64,000 nucleotides of DNA from Labilibaculum sp. GTDB lineage: Bacteria > Bacteroidota > Bacteroidia > Bacteroidales > Marinifilaceae. Both the position numbers and the translations under genes were made by a program. The stretch lies in contig NZ_OY761461.1 in NCBI RefSeq assembly GCF_963664555.1, positions 3,511,769 to 3,575,768 on the forward strand, given 5' to 3'. The notes beneath the pieces are model-generated. The model did no database searches and had not been told where the DNA came from. It worked only from the letters and a program-made list of their open reading frames with translations. Numbering within the stretch: the stretch's first letter is position 1; every line of letters starts with the position of its first letter. Positions 40,741-50,105 of the stretch are shown one piece after another.

Positions 40741-40895
40741 CTGTTTATATTTTTGATGTCTTGGCAGATGGAACTTACCACGAATAAATAATCATTCCCG
40801 TATATGAATCAACAATTATTTAATCATGAACGTTTCATTGATAAGAAATAAAGTGGAAAAGTAAAAAGGATACAAAAACCAACTGTTACATCTTA

Positions 40896-41759
40896 TTATG
40901 ATACAGCAAGCTTATCTTCAGAGGTAAATTCCCCAAGCATATCCTTAAATATTTTATCGTAATCATCCAGCTTGTAACTCTCCAGATCAAGAACGATTTC
41001 CCTGGCATTTTCATCTTCGCTGTACTCATAAATACACCATTTTCCCTGATGATATTCCAAAGCACTTAAACTTTCAATCCAATCACCCGAATTAAGATAC
41101 ATTGTTGCTCCATCCCTATTGCTCACCTCCTTCATCTCTGGATGATGAATGTGCCCGCAAACCACATAATCGTAGCCTTTTCTTATTGCAATATCAGCCG
41201 CTGTTTCTTCAAAATTATTAATGTACTTCACAGCCGACTTCACACTGTTTTTGATCTTTCGGGAAAGAGAGACTTTTTCTTTCCCCAGCATTTTGGCGAA
41301 AAAGTTCACTGCAGAATTAATCAAGATCAACAGGTCGTAACCAATAGATCCCAATTTGGTCAGCCATTTGGCATACTGCATGGTAACATCGAAAACATCG
41401 CCATGAAATATCCATGCCTTTTTTCCGTCGAGATTCAAAACAATTTTATTTACAATGCTTAAACCTCCCAAAGTAAAACCTTCAAATTTCCGAAGCAATT
41501 CATCATGATTTCCGGTTACGTAATACACCGGAATCCCTTTCGATAGAAAAGAGGTAAAATGCTTGATGATGCGCATGTGTGATTTTGGCCAGAATCGTTT
41601 GCTAAACTGCCAGATATCAACAATATCTCCATTTAAAATTACCTTTTTAGGCTGAATGGAACTTAGGTACTTCAACAGCTCTTCGGCCCGGCACCCCATG
41701 GTTCCCAAATGAATATCAGAAAGAACCAAAACATCTACTTCACGTTTGCTTTTAGGCAT
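40896..41759 (-). CDS. UDP-2,3-diacylglucosamine diphosphatase-like metallophosphoesterase
   Basis: LSDIHLG, LNGDIVD, GNHDE, FHGD, CGHIH, NSGDW. Confidence 0.88.
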   Translation of the reverse strand: MPKSKREVDVLVLSDIHLGTMGCRAEELLKYLSSIQPKKVILNGDIVDIWQFSKRFWPKSHMRIIKHFTSFLSKGIPVYYVTGNHDELLRKFEGFTLGGLSIVNKIVLNLDGKKAWIFHGDVFDVTMQYAKWLTKLGSIGYDLLILINSAVNFFAKMLGKEKVSLSRKIKNSVKSAVKYINNFEETAADIAIRKGYDYVVCGHIHHPEMKEVSNRDGATMYLNSGDWIESLSALEYHQGKWCIYEYSEDENAREIVLDLESYKLDDYDKIFKDMLGEFTSEDKLAVS

Positions 41760-42061
41760 AAGTATTACAGATTAATTTATCTGATAAATATATTCTGCTC
41801 TTGTTAACTTATACCTTCGCCTAGTTTATGAAATAATGAAAAGACACATCTCTTTTGTTAAGAAATTGTTACAAATCAAAAAAAACAGAGATGGACGATC
41901 GGGAAAGGGAAAATGGAGAAAAAATAAGTGTGGCGAAAGATTTCCAAATCGGGCGGGGATTGCTTCACTTCGGGCGAGCTTTCTACAAATCGGGGGAGCA
42001 ATCCCGACAAAATTGAGAAGGCATTCCGGTCTGTTTTACTCTTGGCCCGACTTATTTTACA

Positions 42062-42766
42062 TTATTTCATTAATTGCTTAAAGAAACCTGGAGTACTCGC
42101 TTCAAAAGTCATCTCTTTTTTAGTAAAAGGATGTTGTATGGTAAGTGATGCCGAATGCAGAGCCAATCGCTTCACTCCTTTTCCTTTTATGCCATACATT
42201 TTATCGCCGGCCACCGGATGTCCGTGTTCGGAGAAATGAACACGAATCTGATTTTTACGACCGGTAAACAGGTTAATTGCAAGCATACTAAAGTATTTCG
42301 ATTCCCTGATTACTTTATAGCCGGTTTTTGCATACTTCCCTTTATTTGGATTTTTAACAGAGAAAACCCTGTGAATGCTATTCTCAGTAAGGTACGATTC
42401 TATAATACCTTCCTTTTCAGCCAGCTTTCCTTCCACAACAGCAATGTATGTTTTACTAAAACTTTGCCACTCGGTTTGCAGGAATATTTTTGCCGCTTCT
42501 GTTTTAGCAAATACCAATACGCCTGATGTATCCTTATCCAGGCGATGCACAATAAAAATTCTGTTTTTCGATCGCGGATTTCCCTTTTTTACATAATGCG
42601 TTACGTGCTGATAAGCTGTTTTCGTGCGCTCTCTATCGCTTCCCATGGTTAATAAACCACTCACTTTCTCAACGACAATAATATCCTGATCTTCATGAAG
42701 AATGGTACAACCTCTTGGTTGAAATTTAAGTTTTACTTTATGCTGTGTTTTTTTATTCTCTTCCAT
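42062..42766 (-). CDS. RluA family RNA pseudouridine synthase
   Basis: VHRLDKDTSG (catalytic Asp), TGRKNQIRVH, GDKMYG, LHSASL. Confidence 0.93.
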   Translation of the reverse strand: MEENKKTQHKVKLKFQPRGCTILHEDQDIIVVEKVSGLLTMGSDRERTKTAYQHVTHYVKKGNPRSKNRIFIVHRLDKDTSGVLVFAKTEAAKIFLQTEWQSFSKTYIAVVEGKLAEKEGIIESYLTENSIHRVFSVKNPNKGKYAKTGYKVIRESKYFSMLAINLFTGRKNQIRVHFSEHGHPVAGDKMYGIKGKGVKRLALHSASLTIQHPFTKKEMTFEASTPGFFKQLMK

Positions 42767-42844
42767 TATTTCTATCTGCGGATATCGGATTAAGGCCTGT
42801 TTATTTGATTCGGCAAAGATTGCACTTTCATTTTAAGGATACAA

Positions 42845-45091
42845 CTAAATTCCCCTTTTGTATTGCCTGTTGGTGCTTGATTGAATGACTTTTTTCACTT
42901 TCGTTTCTGAATCCACTTTTCCGTCAAGCAGATTTTCAAAAAGCTGTACGACTTCTAATTTAGTTGCAGATAACTTGGTTTCGGTTTTCACATCGCACAA
43001 ATCAATCATAAAAGAGGAAAATACAGCTGGCAAATCGCTCAGAATTTCAGTATTCAGGAAATTCAATTCATTATAAACCGTATGGTAGTTCCCTTTCGAT
43101 TTTTCAATATGCAACGAATCGTTTTTAAGATTGGTGATGGAGACAGATTTCACGCAAGACTGAATACAGGTATCATCCACCCGGTTTTTCTCACAGCCAG
43201 TTACCTGATGAAACAAACATTGCCTGCTGGTCATCAGCACAATGGGATGATAAATGCTGTAATGCAATTTAAAATTCGCTGGTTTTACAATGCCTTTTAT
43301 TTGATTGCAGTTCAACTCATTTGAAATAAATGCCCCAGAGCAATTCAATTCCTCTTTTAAAGCCAACAGACTGTACGAATTCACAATATTCAGATGCGGA
43401 CCGGCCACCCAATCTATTCCCAACTGATGAGCTACGTAAGCAATGCCGATGTTATTGGCGACAATCAATTTTGGTTTTACACAACTTAAAAATTCGACCG
43501 CCGCAGTATAGTCTTCCCCAATAATCACCGAAGGAAAGTAGGGAATCAAACTTGTGTTCTTCGTAAATAAATCTACAAAGTGAGAGCATTTATCCTTAAA
43601 ACTATTTGGCAGCTGAAAATAGATATCGGCCTTAGTTTTGTCAGCAAGAAACACATCTTCTTCCGAAGAAATCAACACCAAAAGACTCGGTTTATCAGTC
43701 TCTGATCCTATTTTTTTTATCGCAGGAATCGTAACTGGTTCAACAATTTCTTTCGATCCATTTAAAATATACAGTATCCTTTTCTTAAGAGAGGTAAGCT
43801 CTTTAAAAGAAAAATAAACATCAGCCTTTATCCCTTCCAAATTCAACTCCTCTATAAAATATTCGGTATCGTTAAAAGCTCTGAATCGTTTTAAAACCAC
43901 TGCTTCAGTCAATACCTCCGTCCCTTTATCAAACAGATTGCATTCCGAAAATACATCAAAGCCTGCCTCCGGTGTTTTTACAGAAACTTTTAACGGAGAA
44001 CCACATTCTCCGGAAAGATGAATTTGCAAAGGCGCTTTTTTCGCACTTACCTGATTGATCTTAACCTCAACCAAAGCTTTAATATCTTCCTTTTCCTGAT
44101 ATAATTTTAACTGCCCAGCCTCTACCTCATCAGCGGAAGCGTACGAATTAATTTCTGAAAGATGTTTGATGGAATGATCGCGGGGATTATCGATAAACAT
44201 GCTTTTGCTGATCTCTCCTTTCAGTAAAGTATTGGAGAAACCGCGGTTAAATACCTTGTACAAAAGGCTATCATCCGTACCAATTTTGCCCTGTGAATAA
44301 AAAGTATCGAGTTGCTTTCTCCAGACATCCACCACCGTGTACACATAATCGTACTTCTTAATTCTTCCTTCAATTTTTAGGGAATCAACACCGGCATCAT
44401 ACAATTCCTTCAGATCGAAAAAAGCCGAATTGTCTTTTAAATTCAGCGGGTATTCTTTGCCTGCAGCAGTAGTCTTGTACTGATCGCGGCAAGGTTGACT
44501 GCAGCGACCGCGGTTGCCCGAATTCCCACTTAAAACAGAACTAAAATAGCAGAGTCCCGAAAAGGAAATGCAATTGGAACCATGCACAAACACCTCTGTT
44601 AAAACATTATTCTCGTGTGCAATTGAAGTCAAATTCTCTATTTCACAGATGTTTAACTCCCGTGACAAATTAACCCGGACAACGGAAAGTTTGCTTAAGA
44701 ATTTTATCTGACCTTCATTGTGGGTAGTCAACTGAGTAGAAGCGTGAACATTCAGGCTTTTGAAATACTTTCGGAGCAAATACAGCATTCCCAGATCCTG
44801 AACAATAACACCATCGATACTGGTATTTACCAATTTGTTTAGTAAACTAATCAGCGCCGGAATTTCACGTTCAATTATAATGATATTGAGCGTAAGAAAT
44901 ACTTCACAATGGTGGCTGTGAGCCAAATAAAGAATGCCTTGCAGATCTTGAAAACTGATATTGACAGCCCTATTTCTGGCATTGAACTGATCCAATCCGC
45001 AATACACTGCATTTGCACCGGCAAGTATCGCCGCTTTTATGGAATCAACGTCTCCACCCGGTGCTAATAATTCAATCTTTCTTTTCGTCAC
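42845..45091 (-). CDS. Second peptidase U32 family protein (748 aa)
   Basis: ELLAPGG, GANAVYCG, HASTQ, E..HGSNCISFSGLC...NRGRCSQPCR, SLKIEGR. Confidence 0.9.
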   Translation of the reverse strand: MTKRKIELLAPGGDVDSIKAAILAGANAVYCGLDQFNARNRAVNISFQDLQGILYLAHSHHCEVFLTLNIIIIEREIPALISLLNKLVNTSIDGVIVQDLGMLYLLRKYFKSLNVHASTQLTTHNEGQIKFLSKLSVVRVNLSRELNICEIENLTSIAHENNVLTEVFVHGSNCISFSGLCYFSSVLSGNSGNRGRCSQPCRDQYKTTAAGKEYPLNLKDNSAFFDLKELYDAGVDSLKIEGRIKKYDYVYTVVDVWRKQLDTFYSQGKIGTDDSLLYKVFNRGFSNTLLKGEISKSMFIDNPRDHSIKHLSEINSYASADEVEAGQLKLYQEKEDIKALVEVKINQVSAKKAPLQIHLSGECGSPLKVSVKTPEAGFDVFSECNLFDKGTEVLTEAVVLKRFRAFNDTEYFIEELNLEGIKADVYFSFKELTSLKKRILYILNGSKEIVEPVTIPAIKKIGSETDKPSLLVLISSEEDVFLADKTKADIYFQLPNSFKDKCSHFVDLFTKNTSLIPYFPSVIIGEDYTAAVEFLSCVKPKLIVANNIGIAYVAHQLGIDWVAGPHLNIVNSYSLLALKEELNCSGAFISNELNCNQIKGIVKPANFKLHYSIYHPIVLMTSRQCLFHQVTGCEKNRVDDTCIQSCVKSVSITNLKNDSLHIEKSKGNYHTVYNELNFLNTEILSDLPAVFSSFMIDLCDVKTETKLSATKLEVVQLFENLLDGKVDSETKVKKVIQSSTNRQYKRGI

Positions 45092-45159
45092 AATCTCTTA
45101 CTCTTTATGAGATGCCAAAAGTAAAGCTTTTTTAATTGAATTCCTGAATCTGGTCAGGC

Positions 45160-45711
45160 TTAACGAGGATGTTTTCTTAAGAAAGTTAGATTTGCTTCAA
45201 TCTCTTTATTATCGTGAATATCAGCATTAATAATTACATCAATTGAATATTCTATGTTATATCTTGATAATATTTCATCCAATTTAGTTTTCTTCATTTG
45301 AGCGACTGATATTTTCTGATAATAAGACACCAACGATCCAATTGCTTTGGGCAACACTAAAAAACCAATGCCAATTATAACCATTGGAACAGTTGACATT
45401 GCACCTTTCTTAAAAAGATAAACACCCAAAAAGTAACCAGTAAACATCAACGAAACACCAATCCCAAAATACAGACTAAAATTAAGATAGCACAAAAATT
45501 TATCTCTTCGAATTGATTCAAACTCAATATTAACCTCCCTAATTTTATCTTGATATTTCTTATCAAATATTATATCAGAACATTTTTCTTTAAAACATGG
45601 TCGCTCGTTGGTAATGCCACATCTGGTTCCCGTTTTAAAATCATATAACTGATTCTCGCAAATTTCACAGTGTTTAGACTTTTCCATATGTTTTATCATC
45701 TGATTATTCAT
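45160..45711 (-). CDS. Hypothetical membrane protein with Cys-rich N-terminus and 2 TM helices
   Basis: HCEICEN...RCGIT...CFKEKC, then two hydrophobic segments; starts 17 nt after the hipA stop. Confidence 0.7.
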   Translation of the reverse strand: MNNQMIKHMEKSKHCEICENQLYDFKTGTRCGITNERPCFKEKCSDIIFDKKYQDKIREVNIEFESIRRDKFLCYLNFSLYFGIGVSLMFTGYFLGVYLFKKGAMSTVPMVIIGIGFLVLPKAIGSLVSYYQKISVAQMKKTKLDEILSRYNIEYSIDVIINADIHDNKEIEANLTFLRKHPR

Positions 45712-45728
45712 GGGAGTATAATGGGATG

Positions 45729-47045
45729 CTAATTCTCAAAATTCAATAATGTTCCTTTTATCGCATCCCGCAATTTGGAATCTACGCTAACTTCATCTGC
45801 ATAATTATTCCAATTTTGCACTTTACTATTTATTTCAAAGATAATTTTTTCTGCTTTTTTAATGTTCATTGCTTTTGCAAAGCTGACCAAATCCTCTCTC
45901 GTAATATCTTTTCTTTTGCCATTAATACTTAAAGCATGCTGACTCACCCAAATGCTATCAGGTCGATATGCATGACAAACATCGTATGCCGGTGCCAACT
46001 CCCAACTTTCTCCTTTTTTCAATCTAAAAGCAAAATTCTTAGTATGATCATCACAATTTCGTGCAATCACGTTAAATACCATTCTTCGATACATCTGCTC
46101 CGCTTGCGGATATGGCAAACGCAGTATTCTCATGGTCTGAAACAACTGCTCGTAACTAAAACTTCCTACCTCATTAAAATCGTAATGCTGCATTGCACAG
46201 AAAGTTTGAATGTGGTGTTTTTGAGAACCATTTTCCCGATCGAACCGCTTGGTCATGAAATGTGCTCTGCCATTTTCCTGAAGCAAATCAGATTCCATCA
46301 TCTCTATTCCACAGTCTTTTGCCATATTGTAATAGGCCATTTCAACTCTTCCATAACCAATAGTTTTTCCAAACTGCACATCACTTACACCATCCAGCTT
46401 TATTAGCCAATGCTCAAAACCTTTTGGAGCATTCGTTTGTCCGGAGCGAACCTGTCCTGTTCTTTTGTTGTAGGCAATAATTGCTTTTGGTCTTGCTCCA
46501 CCAGCTGATGTTCCAATTTTTAGGATTTCCATCATTGCCCGCTGTTCATCTTTGCTCAAATTGGCTTCAAAATCTTCCCGCTTTCCCAACATTTTTTGTG
46601 CAATATCAACCAAGCTAGTTATTTCAACCTGAAAAGAGTTTGTATTAGAGTTGAGTTGTGTGGGTTCAAATTCCAGCGCTCCCATTCCTCTGGTTCCAAT
46701 AAAACAGAGTTGTTCTATTGGGTTCATACTGTTAGCCGGACGACCATTTTGTGCCAACCAAACATTAATCAACTGATTTCCATATTTATCGGGTAACACA
46801 TCGGCCAATAAACCCGGCAAACCTTTAAACGTATCGTATTCGCTGTTTTTTGAAGGTCTGAGTTCAGGAAATGAAAATATGCGTTGACCGGATTGAATCG
46901 GCATTTTTACTGGTGCTAGATCAATTCCCAACGGTTTAAATTTAGGCTCAAATTCAAAACTGGCCACCCCTTGATTCTCATCCCAAGCAACGGCCCCAAC
47001 AATTTGTTCCCAAATTTTAACGTATGCTGTTTTTATTTCTACCAT
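45729..47045 (-). CDS. hipA: HipA-family Ser/Thr kinase toxin with N-terminal coupled domain
   Basis: GLPGLLADVLPDKYG, GTSAGGARPKA, LIKLD, RFDR, NCDDHTKNF, LAPAYD. Confidence 0.93.
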   Translation of the reverse strand: MVEIKTAYVKIWEQIVGAVAWDENQGVASFEFEPKFKPLGIDLAPVKMPIQSGQRIFSFPELRPSKNSEYDTFKGLPGLLADVLPDKYGNQLINVWLAQNGRPANSMNPIEQLCFIGTRGMGALEFEPTQLNSNTNSFQVEITSLVDIAQKMLGKREDFEANLSKDEQRAMMEILKIGTSAGGARPKAIIAYNKRTGQVRSGQTNAPKGFEHWLIKLDGVSDVQFGKTIGYGRVEMAYYNMAKDCGIEMMESDLLQENGRAHFMTKRFDRENGSQKHHIQTFCAMQHYDFNEVGSFSYEQLFQTMRILRLPYPQAEQMYRRMVFNVIARNCDDHTKNFAFRLKKGESWELAPAYDVCHAYRPDSIWVSQHALSINGKRKDITREDLVSFAKAMNIKKAEKIIFEINSKVQNWNNYADEVSVDSKLRDAIKGTLLNFEN

Positions 47046-47386
47046 TCGCTTTCATTTTGCTTGTTATCATCCTTGCTTCTGGCTCTTTGTCTTTTTTTCT
47101 TTTCCAACTTAGCCAGTTCCAATGGACTTAACTGAGTTTCAATCTTAAAATGGTCAAGTACATGCAATAAGTCAAGAGCCCGCAAAATTTGAAGTAATGA
47201 AATCAACGAAACAGCTTCTCCTTTCTCCAACTGACTCACAGTCCAGCGATTTACTCCGGCAACTTCAGCGATTTTTGCCTGTGTTTTATTTTGAAGTAAA
47301 CGTTGCTGTTTTACATACCTGCCAATTGTAGAAATAATTGCCTTATCACTCATCGAAACCCAATTATAGTTGATATTTGCCATCAT
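47039..47386 (-). CDS. XRE helix-turn-helix protein (HipB-like antitoxin)
   Basis: RLLQNKTQAKIAEVAGVNRWTVSQLEKG; the stop overlaps the hipA ATG by 7 nt. Confidence 0.88.
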   Translation of the reverse strand: MMANINYNWVSMSDKAIISTIGRYVKQQRLLQNKTQAKIAEVAGVNRWTVSQLEKGEAVSLISLLQILRALDLLHVLDHFKIETQLSPLELAKLEKKKRQRARSKDDNKQNESEW

Positions 47387-47762
47387 TATTGTTTTTATAT
47401 GTATTTAATGTTAGTATTCACAGGCATAAATATATGAAAAAATATTTCAAATACAAACATCCTATGTGTGTAAATACAATCATTATCGCTTAAAACATAC
47501 TATTATGTTGGTTTTTTCCATCAAAAAACTTGTATTTACTAATTTTAATAAATGTTTCTTTCGTGAAGAGATCGAATCCATACACTCCTTTTATTATCAT
47601 AAAACAAATACCACCCATAAACTTGTAAAGAACCAATCTCAATTATTGAAAAAGTTTGACACAAAAAATTTAACTGTTATCTTTTGGTATATTCTAGCTT
47701 AACTATTGAAATTTTTAAGAGGTAATTAACTTGTATACGTTTTTCACATAAAAAGCAAAAAC

Positions 47763-49724
47763 ATGCATCAATACAATTTCCAAATATCAGATATTAATGA
47801 TCTTAAAAATATATTACAATCTAATGCTATAAGTCATACTACAACATATCAATCTCTTCTTGTACAAATATTTTCAGCTCATAATAAATCAGACTGGTAT
47901 TTGACAATAGGTGAAACAATTAAAGAAGTTTACCCTGACGCTGTAATTACCGGAGCTACATCAGTGGGAGAAATTACAGAAGGTAGAATTTTCACAAATT
48001 CAACAGCTGTCTTGTTTTCCTTTTTCGAAAGCGCAAAGCTAAATTTATTTTCTTATAGCTGCCAATTAGGAGAGGAAGAGAAGGTTGGCAATGCACTGCT
48101 TAGAAACACAAAACTGCTGGATGATAAAATTAAGGGAATGCTATTACTTTCCACACCTATCGCCAACGATTCTGGAAAAATATTTAACACTCTGGCAACT
48201 TCAAGTCTCGATTTTCCAATTTTTGGTGGTGGAGCCGGTGATTATGCAAATGAGCGCGAAACATTGATTTTCGATGGAGAACAATGCTATAAAGAAGGTG
48301 TTGTTGCAGTTTGTTTTTCAGGGAACAATTTACAAATAGAATTGTCGACCTGTCTTGGTTGGCAACCTCTGAGCAAAGAAATGACAATAACCGATGTAGG
48401 TGATGTGGCGGTTAAAACAATTGATAATATGCCTGCGTTTTCGGTTTATGAAAAATATTTGGGAATTAAAGCCGACAGCAATTTCTTTCAAAACAGTCTT
48501 GAGTTTCCTTTTATTATAACTCGAAACAATAACAAGATCGCCCGAACTCCATTTTTTGTGAACGAAAATGATCAGTCCATACAAATGGTAGCAGATGTAA
48601 AGGCCGGTGAAAAATTTCGTATTGGATACGGCAATCCTCAAACTATCAAAGAAGAATCAGCCGTATTGCAACACCAAATGTGTAATTTTAAACCTGAAGC
48701 TATCTTTATATACACTTGTATTTGCAGAAGATTTTTAATGCAGGATGAAGTTGACTTTGAAACATTGCCTTTTAATGCCATTGCCCCAACTGCCGGATTT
48801 TACACCTTTGGCGAATTTTATTCTGATAAGTCCTTTCATGCTCTACTTAATTCTTCAATGGTTACTGTTGGATTTCGAGAAGGAATATCAATTACAAAAT
48901 CCGAATTATTAAAAGACACATTAAAAAAGAATATCCCTTTAGATCCATTTAAAAATCAACACAATCGAATTCTTTCCCGCCTGATTTTTTTCATCAATGT
49001 TTTAATTGAAGAAATGGAAAAAAAGAGTCGTAAGCTTAAAGTTCTTAATGAACAAAAAAACGAAATTATTGGTATTGTAGCCCATGATTTACGAAGCCCA
49101 CTTGGTGTAATACAAGGCTTCTCAGACCTACTAACAGAAGAAATTAAAAATGAAGAACACAAAGATTTTGCTTCATTAATTAATAAAGAGAGTTCAAATC
49201 TACTGAATTTACTAAACGACCTTCTGGACATTTCAAAAATTGAATCGGGTAAACTGGAGCTGAAACGAAAAGAGATTGATTACATGGCTTTGATTTATCA
49301 GAATACTAAAATCAATAGCTTTTTTGCTCAAAAGAAAAGAATTTTAATTACTGTTGAGTCTGAAATTGAACACCAATCATTGTCTATTGACGAAGGGCAA
49401 ATTATACAAGTTTTAAATAATCTTATTGGGAATGCAATTAAGTATTCTTATCCTGATTCTGAGATAAAAATTAAAGTATTTAAAGAAGACAATCAGATAA
49501 TCACTCAAGTTATTGATCAAGGACAAGGTATTCCTATAGGAGAACTTGAAAATGTTTTTACGATGTTTAAAAAGACCAGTACTAAACCCACAGCCGGGGA
49601 ATCAAGCCATGGGTTAGGTCTTGCCATTGTTAAGAAGATTGTCGAAGGCCACAGAGGACGAATGGATGTTAAAAGTAGTCAAGGGCAAGGTTCTATATTT
49701 TATTACTCATTGCCTATTGACTAA
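47763..49724 (+). CDS. FIST N/C domain sensor histidine kinase
   Basis: GATSVGEI, FGGGAGD, GWQPL, CICR, GFYTFGEF (FIST); AHDLRSPL (H box), NLIGNAIKYS, DQGQG, GLGLAI. No TM segment or receiver domain. Confidence 0.9.
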   Translation: MHQYNFQISDINDLKNILQSNAISHTTTYQSLLVQIFSAHNKSDWYLTIGETIKEVYPDAVITGATSVGEITEGRIFTNSTAVLFSFFESAKLNLFSYSCQLGEEEKVGNALLRNTKLLDDKIKGMLLLSTPIANDSGKIFNTLATSSLDFPIFGGGAGDYANERETLIFDGEQCYKEGVVAVCFSGNNLQIELSTCLGWQPLSKEMTITDVGDVAVKTIDNMPAFSVYEKYLGIKADSNFFQNSLEFPFIITRNNNKIARTPFFVNENDQSIQMVADVKAGEKFRIGYGNPQTIKEESAVLQHQMCNFKPEAIFIYTCICRRFLMQDEVDFETLPFNAIAPTAGFYTFGEFYSDKSFHALLNSSMVTVGFREGISITKSELLKDTLKKNIPLDPFKNQHNRILSRLIFFINVLIEEMEKKSRKLKVLNEQKNEIIGIVAHDLRSPLGVIQGFSDLLTEEIKNEEHKDFASLINKESSNLLNLLNDLLDISKIESGKLELKRKEIDYMALIYQNTKINSFFAQKKRILITVESEIEHQSLSIDEGQIIQVLNNLIGNAIKYSYPDSEIKIKVFKEDNQIITQVIDQGQGIPIGELENVFTMFKKTSTKPTAGESSHGLGLAIVKKIVEGHRGRMDVKSSQGQGSIFYYSLPID

Positions 49725-49747
49725 TACCATAAGCTCCTTTGGTATGC

Positions 49748-49793
49748 AGCTTACGTAAATAACGATTTCAATCAATCGTTATTTACGTAAGCT
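49748..49793. repeat. Perfect 20-bp inverted repeat (terminator-like hairpin)
   Basis: AGCTTACGTAAATAACGATT-TCAATC-AATCGTTATTTACGTAAGCT. Confidence 0.8.
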
Positions 49794-50073
49794 TGTTTTA
49801 CAAACTACGCCCTAGCCGGCATTAATTTTCACAAAGCCATTTTAAAAATCGAATTCCCTATTATAATTAAAGTTCAATATTGTAATTTGAAATTACTTTA
49901 AATGTCAAACACGTTTAATTTTATTTAACAACAACCTAACATTTGAAACCTAAAAATACTTTATACTTACAAAATGGTTCAATATTTGTAATCTTCCGAA
50001 TTAGGTACAAAAAAAATTAAACGTGCAAAAAAAAAACCTTATCAACTTACCGGCGTATTCTCTATTTTAAAAT

Positions 50074-50081
50074 TAAATTTG
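50074..50081 (+). promoter_or_regulatory. -7 promoter box
   Basis: TAAATTTG 25 nt upstream of ATG 50106. Confidence 0.55.
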
Positions 50082-50105
50082 CATCAAAACTAACATCCTA
50101 CATCT

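Noticed and set aside
41836-42239. Plus-strand ORFs of 81 and 103 aa
   Set aside because: They span a repeat-rich intergenic region and the rluA 3' end; no coding signal.
45936-46406. 156-aa ORF antisense to hipA (possible antitoxin)
   Set aside because: No recognisable domain or start context; explained as a shadow ORF.
47466-47702. 78-aa ORF between XRE and the FIST kinase (similarly 35237..35467 and 62907..63194)
   Set aside because: AT-rich promoter regions with non-ATG starts and no homology cues.
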